This document shows, piece by piece, positions 19,901 through 29,156 of a DNA stretch of 64,000 nt. The notes below the pieces were generated by a model. It did not search any database and was not told the origin of the DNA. It was given only the letters and a program-made list of their open reading frames with translations. The DNA comes from a virus. Made by a program: the position numbers and the translations under genes. Positions within the stretch are counted from its first letter, which is position 1. Every line of letters starts with the position of its first letter. The stretch lies in IMG/VR virus record IMGVR_UViG_3300001685_000001; one strand, written 5' to 3'.

Positions 19901-21753
19901 ATTCTCTCTTCATCTGATACACCTTTTAAAGCTTGTGCAACTTCAGTGTAAACTTGAACTACATCTCTCATGTTTTCATTTTCATCGAATAGTGAAATTC
20001 CTAAGCTTGATAAAACACCTTGTGATTTGTCGCTTACTAACTTAGGTAAGACATTTTTCAAAAAGTTACCAATCTCATTCCCTGATTGCTTGGTTGATGC
20101 TGTTACTGTACCTATGATTGCATTCACTTGGTCGAAGTCTAATCCCATAGCTCTTGCTGTTGCACCAGCTCTTGCCTGTCCTTGTGCTAGTTTTTCTGTT
20201 GTCGTTGCATAGTTATTAGAAATCTCATTCCAAGAGTCAATGATACTCATAGAATCTTTGGCATCTTTCTTCCATTGTATTAGAGAAGCTGTCATGTATT
20301 CAGACGATTTCTGAGCTGTCATATCTCCAACATTCGCTGCAACTAATCCTGAATCTGCTAGTGTTCCGAGTTCATCGCCCTTATACCCTTGTCTTGCAAA
20401 CTCAGCGTAAGAATCCATTACTTGACTAATAGATTGACCAAATTTCTCGGCAGATTGTGTAGCTCTTTCAAATAATGCTTCAAAATCAGTATCTTCAGAC
20501 ATAACTTTTGCAAGCTCAGTCATTTTGGTATCTATGTCAATTATAATTGTCATAAATTCCCTAGCTGTCCTAATTGTTCCATAAAATGCTGTAGAGGCTG
20601 CCATCCAAATCGGGAAACGCTCCATTGCTATCTTGAATGAATCCATAATCGTTAATGACTCACGAGATGCTTGAGTTGCATTGGCAATGTATTTTTTCAT
20701 CTCATTGTTTAAACGTCTAACTGCATCTTCTCCAGCTTTTGCAGAGGTAACAGTAGAAGGGTCAAACTTGATTGATTTATAGCTAGTTTTTAAGTTGCTT
20801 AAGCCTTCTTGGTCAATATGTTTTGAGTATTTTTTGGAAGCAGCAGTCAATCTAGAAAGAGCATCTTCTCTCATGTGAAAGAGTTTTGTTCCTCTATCTA
20901 ACTCATTGTTTGAAAGTTGAGTATTTGTAGTTATATCTTTAAATTCTTTATTTAATTTATCAAGATGGCTATTCTGAGTTATCTTTGCTAATGATTTGTT
21001 CATTTTATCGAACTGTTCTGTAGTTATAGTTCCAGCATCTCTAGCATTAAGAAGCTCTCTTCTTGTTTTAGAAACGTTGTCAGATAAGCTTTTCATCTCA
21101 GTGTTGACAACTTTTATTTCTGATTCCATCCAGCCACCAATTTTATAATTGGAGTTGTTTGCCATTCCTGCTGAGAAAGGTTCAAATTTAATTTGTCTTA
21201 TTTTATTAGCTGACTCTTGTACTTTAACTACAACCGCTTCAATTGCTCTAGTATCAGCATTAACTTTTTGCTCAATGGTATAGCCTAATTTTCTCTTTTT
21301 CAAATCGGCTTCTATTTCATTGATACCAAAAGCAAATTGTTTCTTAGCGTCATTCATTTGTTTTTTAATTTGAGCTTTTATTGATGCAGCATTACCTTCA
21401 AAAACACCTAAATCATTTCCAATTGCACGTATTTCTTTACTTGCTTTTTTTGCTCCTGTGGCACTTTCACCTAAAGCTTTGTTTACACCTTCTCCAGCTT
21501 TTTTAGCTTTAGAAGATAAAGCATCTAAATCTTTAGTGTCTGCTGTTACTTTTATTGCAACAGGTGTTAAATTTAAACCTGCTTGAACCTTAGTCTTTAG
21601 GTCTTGAATATTTTTATTTGTAATGTTTAATTCAATTGCAACAGGGTGTAGCTTTTTCTTCAAAGATGTTAATTTCTTTTGAAAATTAACATGTTCGCTT
21701 TCGGAAATATCAAGTCCAATTAATATTTCAAATGGGTTAGTCAATATAATCAT
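13906..21753 (-). CDS. Tail tape measure protein with lytic transglycosylase (SLT) and M23 peptidase (SPbeta CwlP/YomI architecture)
   Basis: 2615 aa; TP901-type TMP core; SLT AIIKAESSF...GLMQLMP...AYNAG (~16.6-16.9 kb); M23 HNGID...YAHL...HLHY (~16.2-16.5 kb); true start may be the TTG at 21744. Confidence 0.92.
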   Translation of the reverse strand: MIILTNPFEILIGLDISESEHVNFQKKLTSLKKKLHPVAIELNITNKNIQDLKTKVQAGLNLTPVAIKVTADTKDLDALSSKAKKAGEGVNKALGESATGAKKASKEIRAIGNDLGVFEGNAASIKAQIKKQMNDAKKQFAFGINEIEADLKKRKLGYTIEQKVNADTRAIEAVVVKVQESANKIRQIKFEPFSAGMANNSNYKIGGWMESEIKVVNTEMKSLSDNVSKTRRELLNARDAGTITTEQFDKMNKSLAKITQNSHLDKLNKEFKDITTNTQLSNNELDRGTKLFHMREDALSRLTAASKKYSKHIDQEGLSNLKTSYKSIKFDPSTVTSAKAGEDAVRRLNNEMKKYIANATQASRESLTIMDSFKIAMERFPIWMAASTAFYGTIRTAREFMTIIIDIDTKMTELAKVMSEDTDFEALFERATQSAEKFGQSISQVMDSYAEFARQGYKGDELGTLADSGLVAANVGDMTAQKSSEYMTASLIQWKKDAKDSMSIIDSWNEISNNYATTTEKLAQGQARAGATARAMGLDFDQVNAIIGTVTASTKQSGNEIGNFLKNVLPKLVSDKSQGVLSSLGISLFDENENMRDVVQVYTEVAQALKGVSDEERILAVEGLAGKYHISRMQAFLDDLGSADSMYKSMYDSSVNSTGSAMEENKRYMESLQARLNLARVEVEKLALALGNAFLTEGMIQSIQLFGNFLGAITKVIEGIGGLPFVLGTASVALALVSTRFRGLMVSMGTGIAKTSAQFVQLGVSATKSMLKPTPPIIAQTKAINALSASTVRATFGFGTMSAATAVTSNATRTLAASTTVATVSTAQLSKGLKASALSAMASAKAFWTANRTMILSLGGIGVAFLAIGAITEAFMSKMQKQREIQEEITAQNQLLADSYTSNADRIGILAQRYSELQGSMQEIGSPEYNNEDAQEYLSVQNELAELIPSLSRGEDEYGNAILGSATVIERKIEMLKLQAEAQERVNKAEDHQKQKETYETAIESSKAAQKELDKFKFVTNPSITWDKGSNKSNPDTSVENEVKDINTLMAAIEELTTRKQTLSSEDAKGNKLRIDIIDGEIAKYTEQLTSYNNLVTGQENANGQLLNASLKRMDTILSANKGINSSAKSAVDAFATNAAYTIKDTGKLTNVFEDLYSTLENPTAVKGLEDFGKAFDTLKEKQSEGLSTEDLKIYSDEVIKQKGIIEKEFLAIATAAGIKKGTTEYAELKASFDAMNPSLQQYSMSVEDLAKKYGKTKEEMIALLAEANSLGDGMGDLDSAINESSNGIAELVAEMQKLNSASEKLAGVSQKQVDEVEDLIYIYQSLSKQTNRTAEQTDLLTETQATLAKIYPHLSSESGIRINDIIKERDAQDILLRAVEASKDGQLNAEEDATVGHLIETNARITNINTEIAALDKLVAAYNSISNTAQKAYDAAVASGVQEDIDSAARALMRYTSLGARETEKLTSKQAELATLTKSHGKYTSALSGSLDVLANSTKDNTSATKDSAEAMEKSTYIADKYGMAIDEVNAKIEEQNRIQSNFPDYSAQYKKSLQDELALQNKKKLLLSDQSKELEKQIKSGKILQTGVVTGSSNTSGSSAYTGKYATEINKASSTYGVDAHLIAAIIKAESSFNKDAKSSKGAQGLMQLMPATAKELGVKNAFDAQQNIMGGTKYIAQQIAKFSGDIKKALYAYNAGAGNVTKIVESSANYWTGAKNYANKIMADFEASGGSNITSGKQISGWGGTITSGFGKRVHPITGKYTDHNGIDIAGNKGDRLDANVSGKVTYAGKGTGSMSGFGNYVAVETADGLKHFYAHLDKVIAKVGETVAVGQQIGNIGSTGNSTGNHLHYQINENGKAINPSSYLATAKKTVPSASDASKDAANAMAAIDAAKSELLKMNSDIAAVEEYIENLKMELISADVAAFEHARKNAQHNIDDEVQKRSKLDSITKRYHDSIKNEIRLKGVQAQSYKSEVSYLNGVIKSGNLTAKAKAELTEKVKELSLSIVDLEINMKELTFERIQATMRRFSEEIDDTNFELQRSQAIMATLEESSPEYVAELNSQVETYKKLKEQNIAYRESLQRSLVLHDLLSEDYKNLTEEIEDLTLEIWGFDGSIKTLNETIKDSSTKNASEAADALIDAYKEYLSEKQEMHMESLDKEIDAEEERHKKVMKNYEDEYGAFERIVQAKLKEIDREESENNYDKDIDKLEEERNKISNKINLLSMDDSFESKAERKKLQEELDAIDESIADKRHDREIDLRKENLNDLLEKEKEKYEELEELEDIKYENEIERLEDLKKYWDKFYEDQLNDERYFAKMKEDIVAGNFKNLSGEFQTYIKEMEDTMPNFLSKFDGTLKGVGKSIRENVIDNLQKALDMLDKVIKTDSDSSKGIGEGAHFDGEKGNIGLSNADLKVLTGKYLAETLITKEKSAVRQTYIRDKAYALAAEGRAEKSTIKSNQGLDEILSKMSNEDKVKFGQYLQNQGFKTVSTDYLQDYITEYGKRLEYSAVGLKTGGYTKSDGLTMLHEEEVVLNKKETKDFFKYAPILETLNNMISPLLMPNIVQPSLIGNTSNNNNSPIKIDFIVENMNATKEEAKNFVNDIMTGLKRERGY

Positions 21754-21791
21754 CCTCTCATTCTATGGAAATCCTTTTATTCTTAGTGGAT

Positions 21792-21864
21792 GATTGTCTT
21801 TAAGGCATTCAAGTAGCCCTCTAATAATCTATTAGAGGGTCAATTCAGTGTCTTAAAGACAATC
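21792..21864. repeat. 73-bp nested inverted repeat between recombinase and tape measure
   Basis: GATTGTCTTTAAGGCA / TGTCTTAAAGACAATC (15 of 16) enclosing CCCTCTAATA-ATC-TATTAGAGGG. Confidence 0.85.
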
Positions 21865-22828
21865 AATCGAACGCTTCATCTAATGAAGTGTCGTCTTTAC
21901 GAATTACATACATCTCACTTGTTTCCGAACTCTCATGTCCAAGTATCGATTGAACCGACTTAATATCCTTGCCATCTTCTACAACCATATGGGTCGCTCT
22001 AGTTCGTCTAAAGTTATGGGGAGTTACACGTAAACCAAGAATGTCTGTGAATTTAGTTGCGCACCAGTTGTTAAAAGCCTCTGGTTGTAATGGGGTTGTT
22101 TTACCCAGCTTAGTTTTCTTGACGAATAAAGAATCACATTCATCTTCTCCACGCTGTTCTAGCCACTCAACTATTGCATCTCTAGCACTGTCATCATAAG
22201 AAAGCTTTCTAATTTTCCCAGCTTTTCCTCGACCTTTTGTGCGAATGTCTCCTGTTTTGTAGTAATTTTTACCTTCAACTTTAGGATAGTTGACCATCTC
22301 TTTTTTCATTTGAGCAATTTCGGCACGTCTTGCGCCAGTAGAATAAGACAACTTAATATAAGCAATCATCTGTAATTCATTTTGATTTTTAAGGGTTGTT
22401 AAGAGTGTTTCCATCTCTTCTTTTGTAAGTGGTTTTTTCTCATAGACTGCTTGTTTAGCAGGGGAGGCTATAGCTTTGTTAAAAATATTTCTGAAGAGAG
22501 GGAAGTCGTCTCCATAATAAAGTTCAATGTAATTACAAAGAGTAGATACAATTGAGCGTTTAAATTTAACAGCGCTTGGAGATAAACCTATTTGTAGAAG
22601 ATAGTTTTGGTACTTTAAAGCGTCACGAGGTTTCAATTCGTGAAAAGGTTTGTTCATTGCGGTTTCTTTTATGAATCTAGCAAAAATTCTCGCCCCTGAT
22701 TCATATTGTTTCAAAGTTTGGTCGGATAAATGCTGTTGTTGTAAAAACTCATCAATTATCATTTTGTTCCAATCGTTACAAAGTTCCCATTCTTCGGGAC
22801 TTACAGCTTTAATCTTTTGATTTGCCAT
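21863..22828 (-). CDS. Tyrosine recombinase (XerC/D-like; SPbeta YomM-like position)
   Basis: Catalytic R (GARRAEI), K (TKG), HxxR (HNFR), H (LGH) and Y (EMY) all present. Confidence 0.9.
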   Translation of the reverse strand: MANQKIKAVSPEEWELCNDWNKMIIDEFLQQQHLSDQTLKQYESGARIFARFIKETAMNKPFHELKPRDALKYQNYLLQIGLSPSAVKFKRSIVSTLCNYIELYYGDDFPLFRNIFNKAIASPAKQAVYEKKPLTKEEMETLLTTLKNQNELQMIAYIKLSYSTGARRAEIAQMKKEMVNYPKVEGKNYYKTGDIRTKGRGKAGKIRKLSYDDSARDAIVEWLEQRGEDECDSLFVKKTKLGKTTPLQPEAFNNWCATKFTDILGLRVTPHNFRRTRATHMVVEDGKDIKSVQSILGHESSETSEMYVIRKDDTSLDEAFD

Positions 22829-22885
22829 ATTCTCATTCCTTCATAAAATTCGTATTTTATTAATATTTAATTAAATAGTTTTTAA

Positions 22886-23410
22886 TTAATATTCTGTTCC
22901 TTTATTCTTAATTTTAAATCCAGCATTCTTAAATGATTGGGCAATAATATCATGCAGCTCTGTTGGATTTTGTCTTATTTGCTCCATAAGTTTTCCCATG
23001 AAAGGACGAGGCTTTAACCAAGGAGCCTCACGACCTTCAATATCATTTGAACCAAACATCCAATAAACATTTGAGTCACTTGCTATTGAACCATATTCAA
23101 TAATCTTAGAAATCTCTTTTCCACTATTCCAAGCACCTGTGGTCAAATTCTCTGCTTTAATGTGAACACGCTCTCCATCTAAGTCAATGCTAGTTATCTT
23201 AATGTTTTTTCTATCGGATAAACCGCCTTTTCCACCTCTGCGAACATATTCCTTTGGCTCATAGACATCATAAACATTTTCCTCAACGGAGCGACTAATT
23301 TCCCACTTGAGAAAGTCTTCAAGCATTGAACCTAAGTTGGATGCCAAAACAACTTTCATTTCTTTTAGGATTCCAGCTTTAAGCAGTTCAAAGTTTTTAT
23401 ACTGTGCCAT
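22886..23410 (-). CDS. Neck/tail completion protein (HK97 gp10-like)
   Basis: ENVYDVYEP..Y.RRG...GL and PRPFM motifs. Confidence 0.65.
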   Translation of the reverse strand: MAQYKNFELLKAGILKEMKVVLASNLGSMLEDFLKWEISRSVEENVYDVYEPKEYVRRGGKGGLSDRKNIKITSIDLDGERVHIKAENLTTGAWNSGKEISKIIEYGSIASDSNVYWMFGSNDIEGREAPWLKPRPFMGKLMEQIRQNPTELHDIIAQSFKNAGFKIKNKGTEY

Positions 23411-23921
23411 CTAACCCAACTCTTTTTCTCATTTCTGGACTTTTTACCTTTTTAGATAGATTTAGTTTGTGTTGTTGCTCAATTGCATCAAGTTTTTCAA
23501 CTGCCTCGATTGTATCAGCTACCATATCAAATACTTTTTGCACTTCTTCTTGAGGGATTACATCTTTAATAATTAATTCAAACAAACCTATGGAGACCAT
23601 TTTTTCCATTTGGATAATTTGTGTTTCCAAATCATCTGAAATAATATCTTTAAAATGCGTAAAGTGTTTAATAATTAGAAAGTACATATAGTTGAAGAAT
23701 TCATGGTCATTCACTAGGAATCCTAAGTTGTTTTCCTGTGAAAATTTTACTTTGTCAAAAAGTTCATTCTTTAAATCTTCAATAACCTTTGAATCAAACT
23801 GTGGATTAAACTTAATCACAGAGTTGGCTTCATCATTGAGCGAATACGTCTCGTATGTGTTTACTCTTTTAAATTGTTTTTCTATGTCTTTTAAGCTAAG
23901 TGGTTTCTGTCTTTTTGCCAT
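23397..23921 (-). CDS. Probable tail assembly chaperone
   Basis: Position after tail tube; helical, charged. Confidence 0.5.
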   Translation of the reverse strand: MAKRQKPLSLKDIEKQFKRVNTYETYSLNDEANSVIKFNPQFDSKVIEDLKNELFDKVKFSQENNLGFLVNDHEFFNYMYFLIIKHFTHFKDIISDDLETQIIQMEKMVSIGLFELIIKDVIPQEEVQKVFDMVADTIEAVEKLDAIEQQHKLNLSKKVKSPEMRKRVGLDGTV

Positions 23922-24011
23922 TTTATTTCCTCCTTGTATTCATTTCTAATAGAGATTTATATCTCTAAAAGTATGTATGTAAGGGGACGAATCCCCTTAT
24001 TTTAAAATCAA

Positions 24012-24743
24012 TTATGCACGTTTAACTTCAACAATACGTCCAAATACATCGGAGTTTTGTGGGTTAAGAACCATAAAGTTAATCTCAGGTGTATAAGCCG
24101 AACCATTCTCTAATGAAAGGTCGAATGCACCAGAAGGTACAACCTCATCAAAGATGAAGTAGATATCAGCGATAACTTTTTGAGTGTCCAAATCATATTC
24201 AATTGTGCGGTACTCTACGCTATATTTCTCAGCGAACTTAGTAGAGTCCATCTCAACCACACGTCCTGTTACATCTTCAACATATGAAACTGTTAAGATG
24301 TCTCCATCAGTTGCAGTAGAGCCGATAGGTAACGTTGCTTTACCAGCAGCTACATCAAGCTCTACTTGAGTACCGTCTGCATCATGAAGGATAGCTTTAC
24401 CATTTACTGGTGTTCCTTTAATTGTTACTTCTAAATCACCTAAAACTCCAGCAACCGTTACTTGCTCAAACTTAGTGATTTTTGCAGTTCCAGACTCTTC
24501 TACTGCAACACCTTGTGTCATAGCAAGATATTCTAAATCGAATGTTGCTGAACGCATAGCAAGGTTAACCTCTTTGTCTGTGCGAATTAAGAAAAGGTTT
24601 TTATTACCAATTCCACCTTTTAAGAACTCTTCACTTACTGTTTGAGCGATTGAAGCTAATTGTGCGTGTGCATTTAATACTGTGTGACCGTCAGATTTAC
24701 GTTTTACTACGATGTCTGCTGTATCATGGATAACTGTTTTCAT
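24012..24743 (-). CDS. Major tail tube protein
   Basis: Size, position, host-like codon usage; SPbeta YomU-like. Confidence 0.7.
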   Translation of the reverse strand: MKTVIHDTADIVVKRKSDGHTVLNAHAQLASIAQTVSEEFLKGGIGNKNLFLIRTDKEVNLAMRSATFDLEYLAMTQGVAVEESGTAKITKFEQVTVAGVLGDLEVTIKGTPVNGKAILHDADGTQVELDVAAGKATLPIGSTATDGDILTVSYVEDVTGRVVEMDSTKFAEKYSVEYRTIEYDLDTQKVIADIYFIFDEVVPSGAFDLSLENGSAYTPEINFMVLNPQNSDVFGRIVEVKRA

Positions 24744-24788
24744 TAATATTTTCCTCCTAGTTTTTAAATCAATTAAAAAAAGCCTATT

Positions 24789-25517
24789 CTATCCGAATAG
24801 GTTTCCATATGTTTTAGCAAATGATTTTTTGTCAATACCTGATTTTTTATCCTCAAATAAATCAATGTGTTTATTCCAATCTTCAATGTTCACTTTTTCA
24901 GCAACAGTTGAATATAGAACAGTTGTGTCATAATTTTTCATTTGACCAATTCGGTAGTAAGTAGCATAAACCTGAAGTACAGTCATGTTGCAGACCTCTT
25001 CATATGATTTAAACGAACCTACGACTACCGATGAAATTAAATCTGTAAAAGATTGCTTTTCACCAGTTCCTCTTGCTGAATTACCATTATTGATGAACAT
25101 TTGAATCTCAGGATTTGAGCTTACTTCTTCTTCTTTGAGCATGTTCATTTGCATGATTATTTCTCTACACTCATCGAATGCTTTTTCTTCTTCAAAGATT
25201 GCGTCTGGTATGCTTTCGGATTCAAAAAGAAGTCTAAACACCTCTAAATAAGATTTTTTAAACATCTCATTTTCTTTAACAAGATTATAAAGTGACTCTT
25301 CTTTTATTCCTTCAACCAGTTGAATAAACTTTTTATCTCTTGATTCATCTGCATGTTTTTTATACATGTAGTAAATATGAAGAACATTCATAGATATAGT
25401 AGACAGATTTGAAATTTGACTAATATATTCATAGTAAGTGAGAAAGCGTACATTGCCATAAGGTGTTAGAATTGGCTTTCCTGTTATGAACAAGTCTTTA
25501 TTGAGACCTAACTCCAT
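24789..25517 (-). CDS. Tail/neck protein (YomV-like)
   Basis: Synteny. Confidence 0.55.
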   Translation of the reverse strand: MELGLNKDLFITGKPILTPYGNVRFLTYYEYISQISNLSTISMNVLHIYYMYKKHADESRDKKFIQLVEGIKEESLYNLVKENEMFKKSYLEVFRLLFESESIPDAIFEEEKAFDECREIIMQMNMLKEEEVSSNPEIQMFINNGNSARGTGEKQSFTDLISSVVVGSFKSYEEVCNMTVLQVYATYYRIGQMKNYDTTVLYSTVAEKVNIEDWNKHIDLFEDKKSGIDKKSFAKTYGNLFG

Positions 25518-25522
25518 TTAAA

Positions 25523-26032
25523 TCAATCCTTTTTCGTGCTGAAGCGATAGCGATGCTCATATGAAACGTATTCTTTAGGTGCATCTCTTGGGTCGCCACC
25601 TGCATACTCCAACTTCCCAATACCAGCGACTGGTTCTAATGCTAATAGCTCAGCAATTTTATCTGAAATCCACAATAGTCTTAAATCTTTGTCATATTCT
25701 TCATGAACAAAAACATAGATATAAACTTCTTGTGTTACTAGTAAATGATTCTTGTAATCTGGTCTTCTACTTCCAGTGAACATATAGATACGACACAATT
25801 TTTTGTCTTCTATGTTGTTTATCTTTTCAGTTAATAAGACTCTTTCTTGAACTATTTCCCAGTATGTTTCAGACTCATTGTCAACTAAGTTAGGTAGGGA
25901 ACTGTCTAGTGGGTCGGGTGTAGTAGAGCTTTGAGGATAGTAGTAAAGTAAACGAATAAGTTCTTCATCATTAATTAGCTTTTGGTATATGTTGTTGATG
26001 GAATTTCTCATTGAGCCTATTTGTATAGCCAT
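25523..26032 (-). CDS. Tail terminator-like protein
   Basis: Synteny; upstream of tail tube. Confidence 0.55.
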   Translation of the reverse strand: MAIQIGSMRNSINNIYQKLINDEELIRLLYYYPQSSTTPDPLDSSLPNLVDNESETYWEIVQERVLLTEKINNIEDKKLCRIYMFTGSRRPDYKNHLLVTQEVYIYVFVHEEYDKDLRLLWISDKIAELLALEPVAGIGKLEYAGGDPRDAPKEYVSYEHRYRFSTKKD

Positions 26033-26700
26033 TATTCGCTCACCTGTCTTTCTAAGCGGATATCGATATATCCAACTTCTCCAATTACATTTTCATGGGA
26101 CACAGTAGTAACCTTATATGTATCTCCACGTACAACAATTTCATAGTTTACTTTTACCTCAATCAAAGGATTGTAAGGTATTAAGATATTTAATGAGCCT
26201 TCTGGTAGGGAGATAGGGGAGTTGTCTATCATGCTATATGCTTTTGTAGTTAGGACACAGGGAACATTTTCAATTGTCTGTACATTTTTTGTAATAGGTC
26301 TATTAAAATCATCTCTACCAATTGTTTTCTTTTCAGAGCCTGTCAGGAGTGGGAATTCTGCATTACACAATTCACAAACCAATTCAGGGAAAAAATCATC
26401 CTCAATAATTTCTGTAGAAAGGTAAAATTTACCCTTATGATGCACGTAAAAACCTAGTCCTACGTCACTGAAAGGTTTTAATAAAAACCGTCTTTTACTG
26501 AAATTTCCTTCGGTTTTAACTCTAGAAACAATTGCATTAGTTAATTCTTCAGAGCGATTAATTTGAACTTTTGAAAGGGTGCGTGAATTCATGAAAGCTT
26601 TTTCAACTTGCAGCGCTGTTCTGTTGGAAGTTATCTCAGTAGGAGTTAGTCCACCACTATTAACTCTGTCAATGTAATGTTGATATTTACTCATGTTCAC
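26032..26700 (-). CDS. Head closure/neck protein
   Basis: Synteny. Confidence 0.55.
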   Translation of the reverse strand: MNMSKYQHYIDRVNSGGLTPTEITSNRTALQVEKAFMNSRTLSKVQINRSEELTNAIVSRVKTEGNFSKRRFLLKPFSDVGLGFYVHHKGKFYLSTEIIEDDFFPELVCELCNAEFPLLTGSEKKTIGRDDFNRPITKNVQTIENVPCVLTTKAYSMIDNSPISLPEGSLNILIPYNPLIEVKVNYEIVVRGDTYKVTTVSHENVIGEVGYIDIRLERQVSE

Positions 26701-27023
26701 AGTCCTTTCAAATGTTCTAATTCTTTGTCGATTAAATTGACCATTTTTAATACTTCTTTTCTTGTTTTCTTAAAATTATCTGGACTATAAGGCTCCAACT
26801 CTAACTTTTTAAGTGTATTTAAAACTCTTACATACCAACTACCATGAGGTAAATCTACGATGTAGGTTCCCATTCCAAAAATTTCACCACTAATTGTTTC
26901 AATATAACCATCAATATGTTCGTTCCCAACTTCATAAAGAGGGATTATTTTCCATATTTGGCTTTTGTAATCGATTAATGCCTTTTTATATATTCTTATA
27001 TCTAGATTTTTATTATTTGTCAT
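26697..27023 (-). CDS. Hypothetical morphogenesis protein
   Basis: Overlapping start/stop with neighbours. Confidence 0.6.
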   Translation of the reverse strand: MTNNKNLDIRIYKKALIDYKSQIWKIIPLYEVGNEHIDGYIETISGEIFGMGTYIVDLPHGSWYVRVLNTLKKLELEPYSPDNFKKTRKEVLKMVNLIDKELEHLKGL

Positions 27024-27460
27024 TTTTTGTTGACCTCTTTAAAGTTCTCTAGGCTATAAGATAAGCGACTAATCATTGCACTAATATCTTTTTCAATAGT
27101 ATCTTTTAGTTTAATTAGAGCCTCAATTTTCTTAGCTGGGCTGTAACTAGAATAGTCTTTGGAACTTAGTCCTTCTTTAAGTGATTCTCCTGTTATTGTG
27201 TTGGCTTTAAGATATTCTATTAGCATCATTAGAGCGAGAATTTCTTGCTCATTATAGGGAAGGGACTCGTTAAATAATTGTAAAACTCTATCAAAGTTTT
27301 GGACTCTAGTTCTATTTCCTATTGTAGAAAATCTACTTATTCCAGAAAGCAACCATTTTTCCATATTTAGTTCAAGAGCTTCTTCTTCCATTCCAGCTAA
27401 TTCGTTATCTGTGATTTTAGAAAGGAACAAAAAATATACATCGCTAAAAGGTGTTGCCAT
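27020..27460 (-). CDS. Head-tail adaptor
   Basis: MATPFSDVY..FL.KITD motif; synteny. Confidence 0.6.
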   Translation of the reverse strand: MATPFSDVYFLFLSKITDNELAGMEEEALELNMEKWLLSGISRFSTIGNRTRVQNFDRVLQLFNESLPYNEQEILALMMLIEYLKANTITGESLKEGLSSKDYSSYSPAKKIEALIKLKDTIEKDISAMISRLSYSLENFKEVNKK

Positions 27461-27476
27461 CTAAATCACACCCTTC

Positions 27477-28070
27477 TTACTTAATGAATAATTGAAGGTC
27501 TACACCAAGTTTTTCTTCAATCAATTTGATTTTGTTTCGAGTATCAAGGATATCTTCTTCTACTAATTTTCTTGCTACTGTTCCAATAGAAGACTTTAAT
27601 GCTTTAGGTAGTTTCGGTAGAATTTCAGCAAGCTCTTTATTCGGTGTTTCTAGAATGAAGTCTTCCAAGTTTTCTAATCCAACCATCTCATCATAGATTT
27701 TAGTTAATCCAAGTGCTTCGGCAGCTTGCTCATCATCAACTACTAAGTGACAATCAGTTAAATATTTGCCTTGTGAGCCTTTCATATCTTGCAATTCACC
27801 CATGTCCATTTGCAATTCTGAGCCGTAACCTTCCCAAATGTACTTAGCTTTTGTGCGATGAGAAATGTAAATTAAATCTCCGTCAGCAGTACTTCTAGTG
27901 GTAATCATTTCATTTCTATTAATTTCAATTTTCTTTGCACGAGCTGGTGCTGGAGCCTCTACGACAGGTTCTACCACTTTAACTTCGTCAATCTTTGCTT
28001 TTGTATCATTTGTTTTTTTAATTGAAGCTGCTGCTTTACTTGCAGTTGTTTTTGTATTTGTATTTGCCAT
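27477..28070 (-). CDS. Head-associated protein (YonA-like)
   Basis: Follows major capsid; Y.W..YG...MD..EL motif. Confidence 0.55.
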   Translation of the reverse strand: MANTNTKTTASKAAASIKKTNDTKAKIDEVKVVEPVVEAPAPARAKKIEINRNEMITTRSTADGDLIYISHRTKAKYIWEGYGSELQMDMGELQDMKGSQGKYLTDCHLVVDDEQAAEALGLTKIYDEMVGLENLEDFILETPNKELAEILPKLPKALKSSIGTVARKLVEEDILDTRNKIKLIEEKLGVDLQLFIK

Positions 28071-28145
28071 TTTAAAAATCTCCTTTTTTTCCCAAATAAT
28101 ATAATAGAGACACTCTGAGTTAATCAGAATGCCTCAGCTTTTAAA

Positions 28146-29156
28146 TTAAATTAATGAGTAGCTTCCGAACAAGTTGCTAAGAACTACAGCAGTACCGAAG
28201 TGAGTAATGAATTTATATTCAAGAGACATATCGTTGTTTGCAGTCATTTCAGTAACTTGTTTGATGTAATCTTCGCCTTCAAATACCAATTTAATGAATT
28301 TGTTTTCAGCAGAAGGTAAAACTAGAATTTGATTATCGTCATAAGCGAAATCGAATGAGTTTGGTTTGAATACTGCTGGTAATTGAACAAGTGTCATACC
28401 GTTAAAGTTAGCAATACGTCCAGTTGAGTTTAACTCAGCTTTCATAGCTTCAGTGTAAAGAGCAATGTTTGCACCTTCAGTGATTTTAGAAAGACCTTTG
28501 CGAGTACCAAGTACAATCGGAGTGCTTCCTGTAGCAGCTTCTACTTTAGACACTAGGTCTAACATTGAATCTCCGTCATAAGCACCATTCTTTTTGAATG
28601 CAGCAGGTAATTGGGCAGTTGCAGATGCAAAAGCAGCAGCTACTTCTTGATAGATTTTAGTTTGAATACCTTGTCCAACTTTTTGGATTAGACGAGAGAA
28701 GTTCAAGCGACCAGTCATAAATAATTCAAAGTCACCGTAAACAGCAGCAGCGAATGATTTAGTTTGGATTGAGAATGTTTTACCGCCTTCTAATTTCTGG
28801 CGAGTGATGTTCCAGTGATTACCTGAGTGTTCAGATACTACTAAAACTCCATCGTCTTCTGTGTAAAATTCTTGAGTATCGCCAAGTGCCAAGTTGCGAA
28901 CATCAGCAAATTGCATGAAGAACTCATCTTCGTTAACTCCAGTAAGATAAGTTTCAGTTAAAACTTCTTCTAAGATTTCATAGATTGTAACTTCATGTTT
29001 GCGAAGTTCTTTCTTAGTAGGGTTTTCTACTCCGATTGCTTCTGCGAATTTCGCACGAATGCGGTCATCCACGTTCTTTCCATTTGAAAATTGTTGTACT
29101 TGCGTAGGGTTCTTAAGAACGTCTACACATAATGTTACTAATTCAGTATTTGCCAT
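28146..29156 (-). CDS. Major capsid protein
   Basis: 336 aa, strongly biased codons, follows scaffold and decoration genes (YonB-like). Confidence 0.85.
   Translation of the reverse strand: MANTELVTLCVDVLKNPTQVQQFSNGKNVDDRIRAKFAEAIGVENPTKKELRKHEVTIYEILEEVLTETYLTGVNEDEFFMQFADVRNLALGDTQEFYTEDDGVLVVSEHSGNHWNITRQKLEGGKTFSIQTKSFAAAVYGDFELFMTGRLNFSRLIQKVGQGIQTKIYQEVAAAFASATAQLPAAFKKNGAYDGDSMLDLVSKVEAATGSTPIVLGTRKGLSKITEGANIALYTEAMKAELNSTGRIANFNGMTLVQLPAVFKPNSFDFAYDDNQILVLPSAENKFIKLVFEGEDYIKQVTEMTANNDMSLEYKFITHFGTAVVLSNLFGSYSLI

Noticed and set aside
23397-23460. Tail-chaperone -1 frameshift at T-AAA-AAG
   Set aside because: Not a full XXXYYYZ heptamer, and the downstream gene is in the +1 frame
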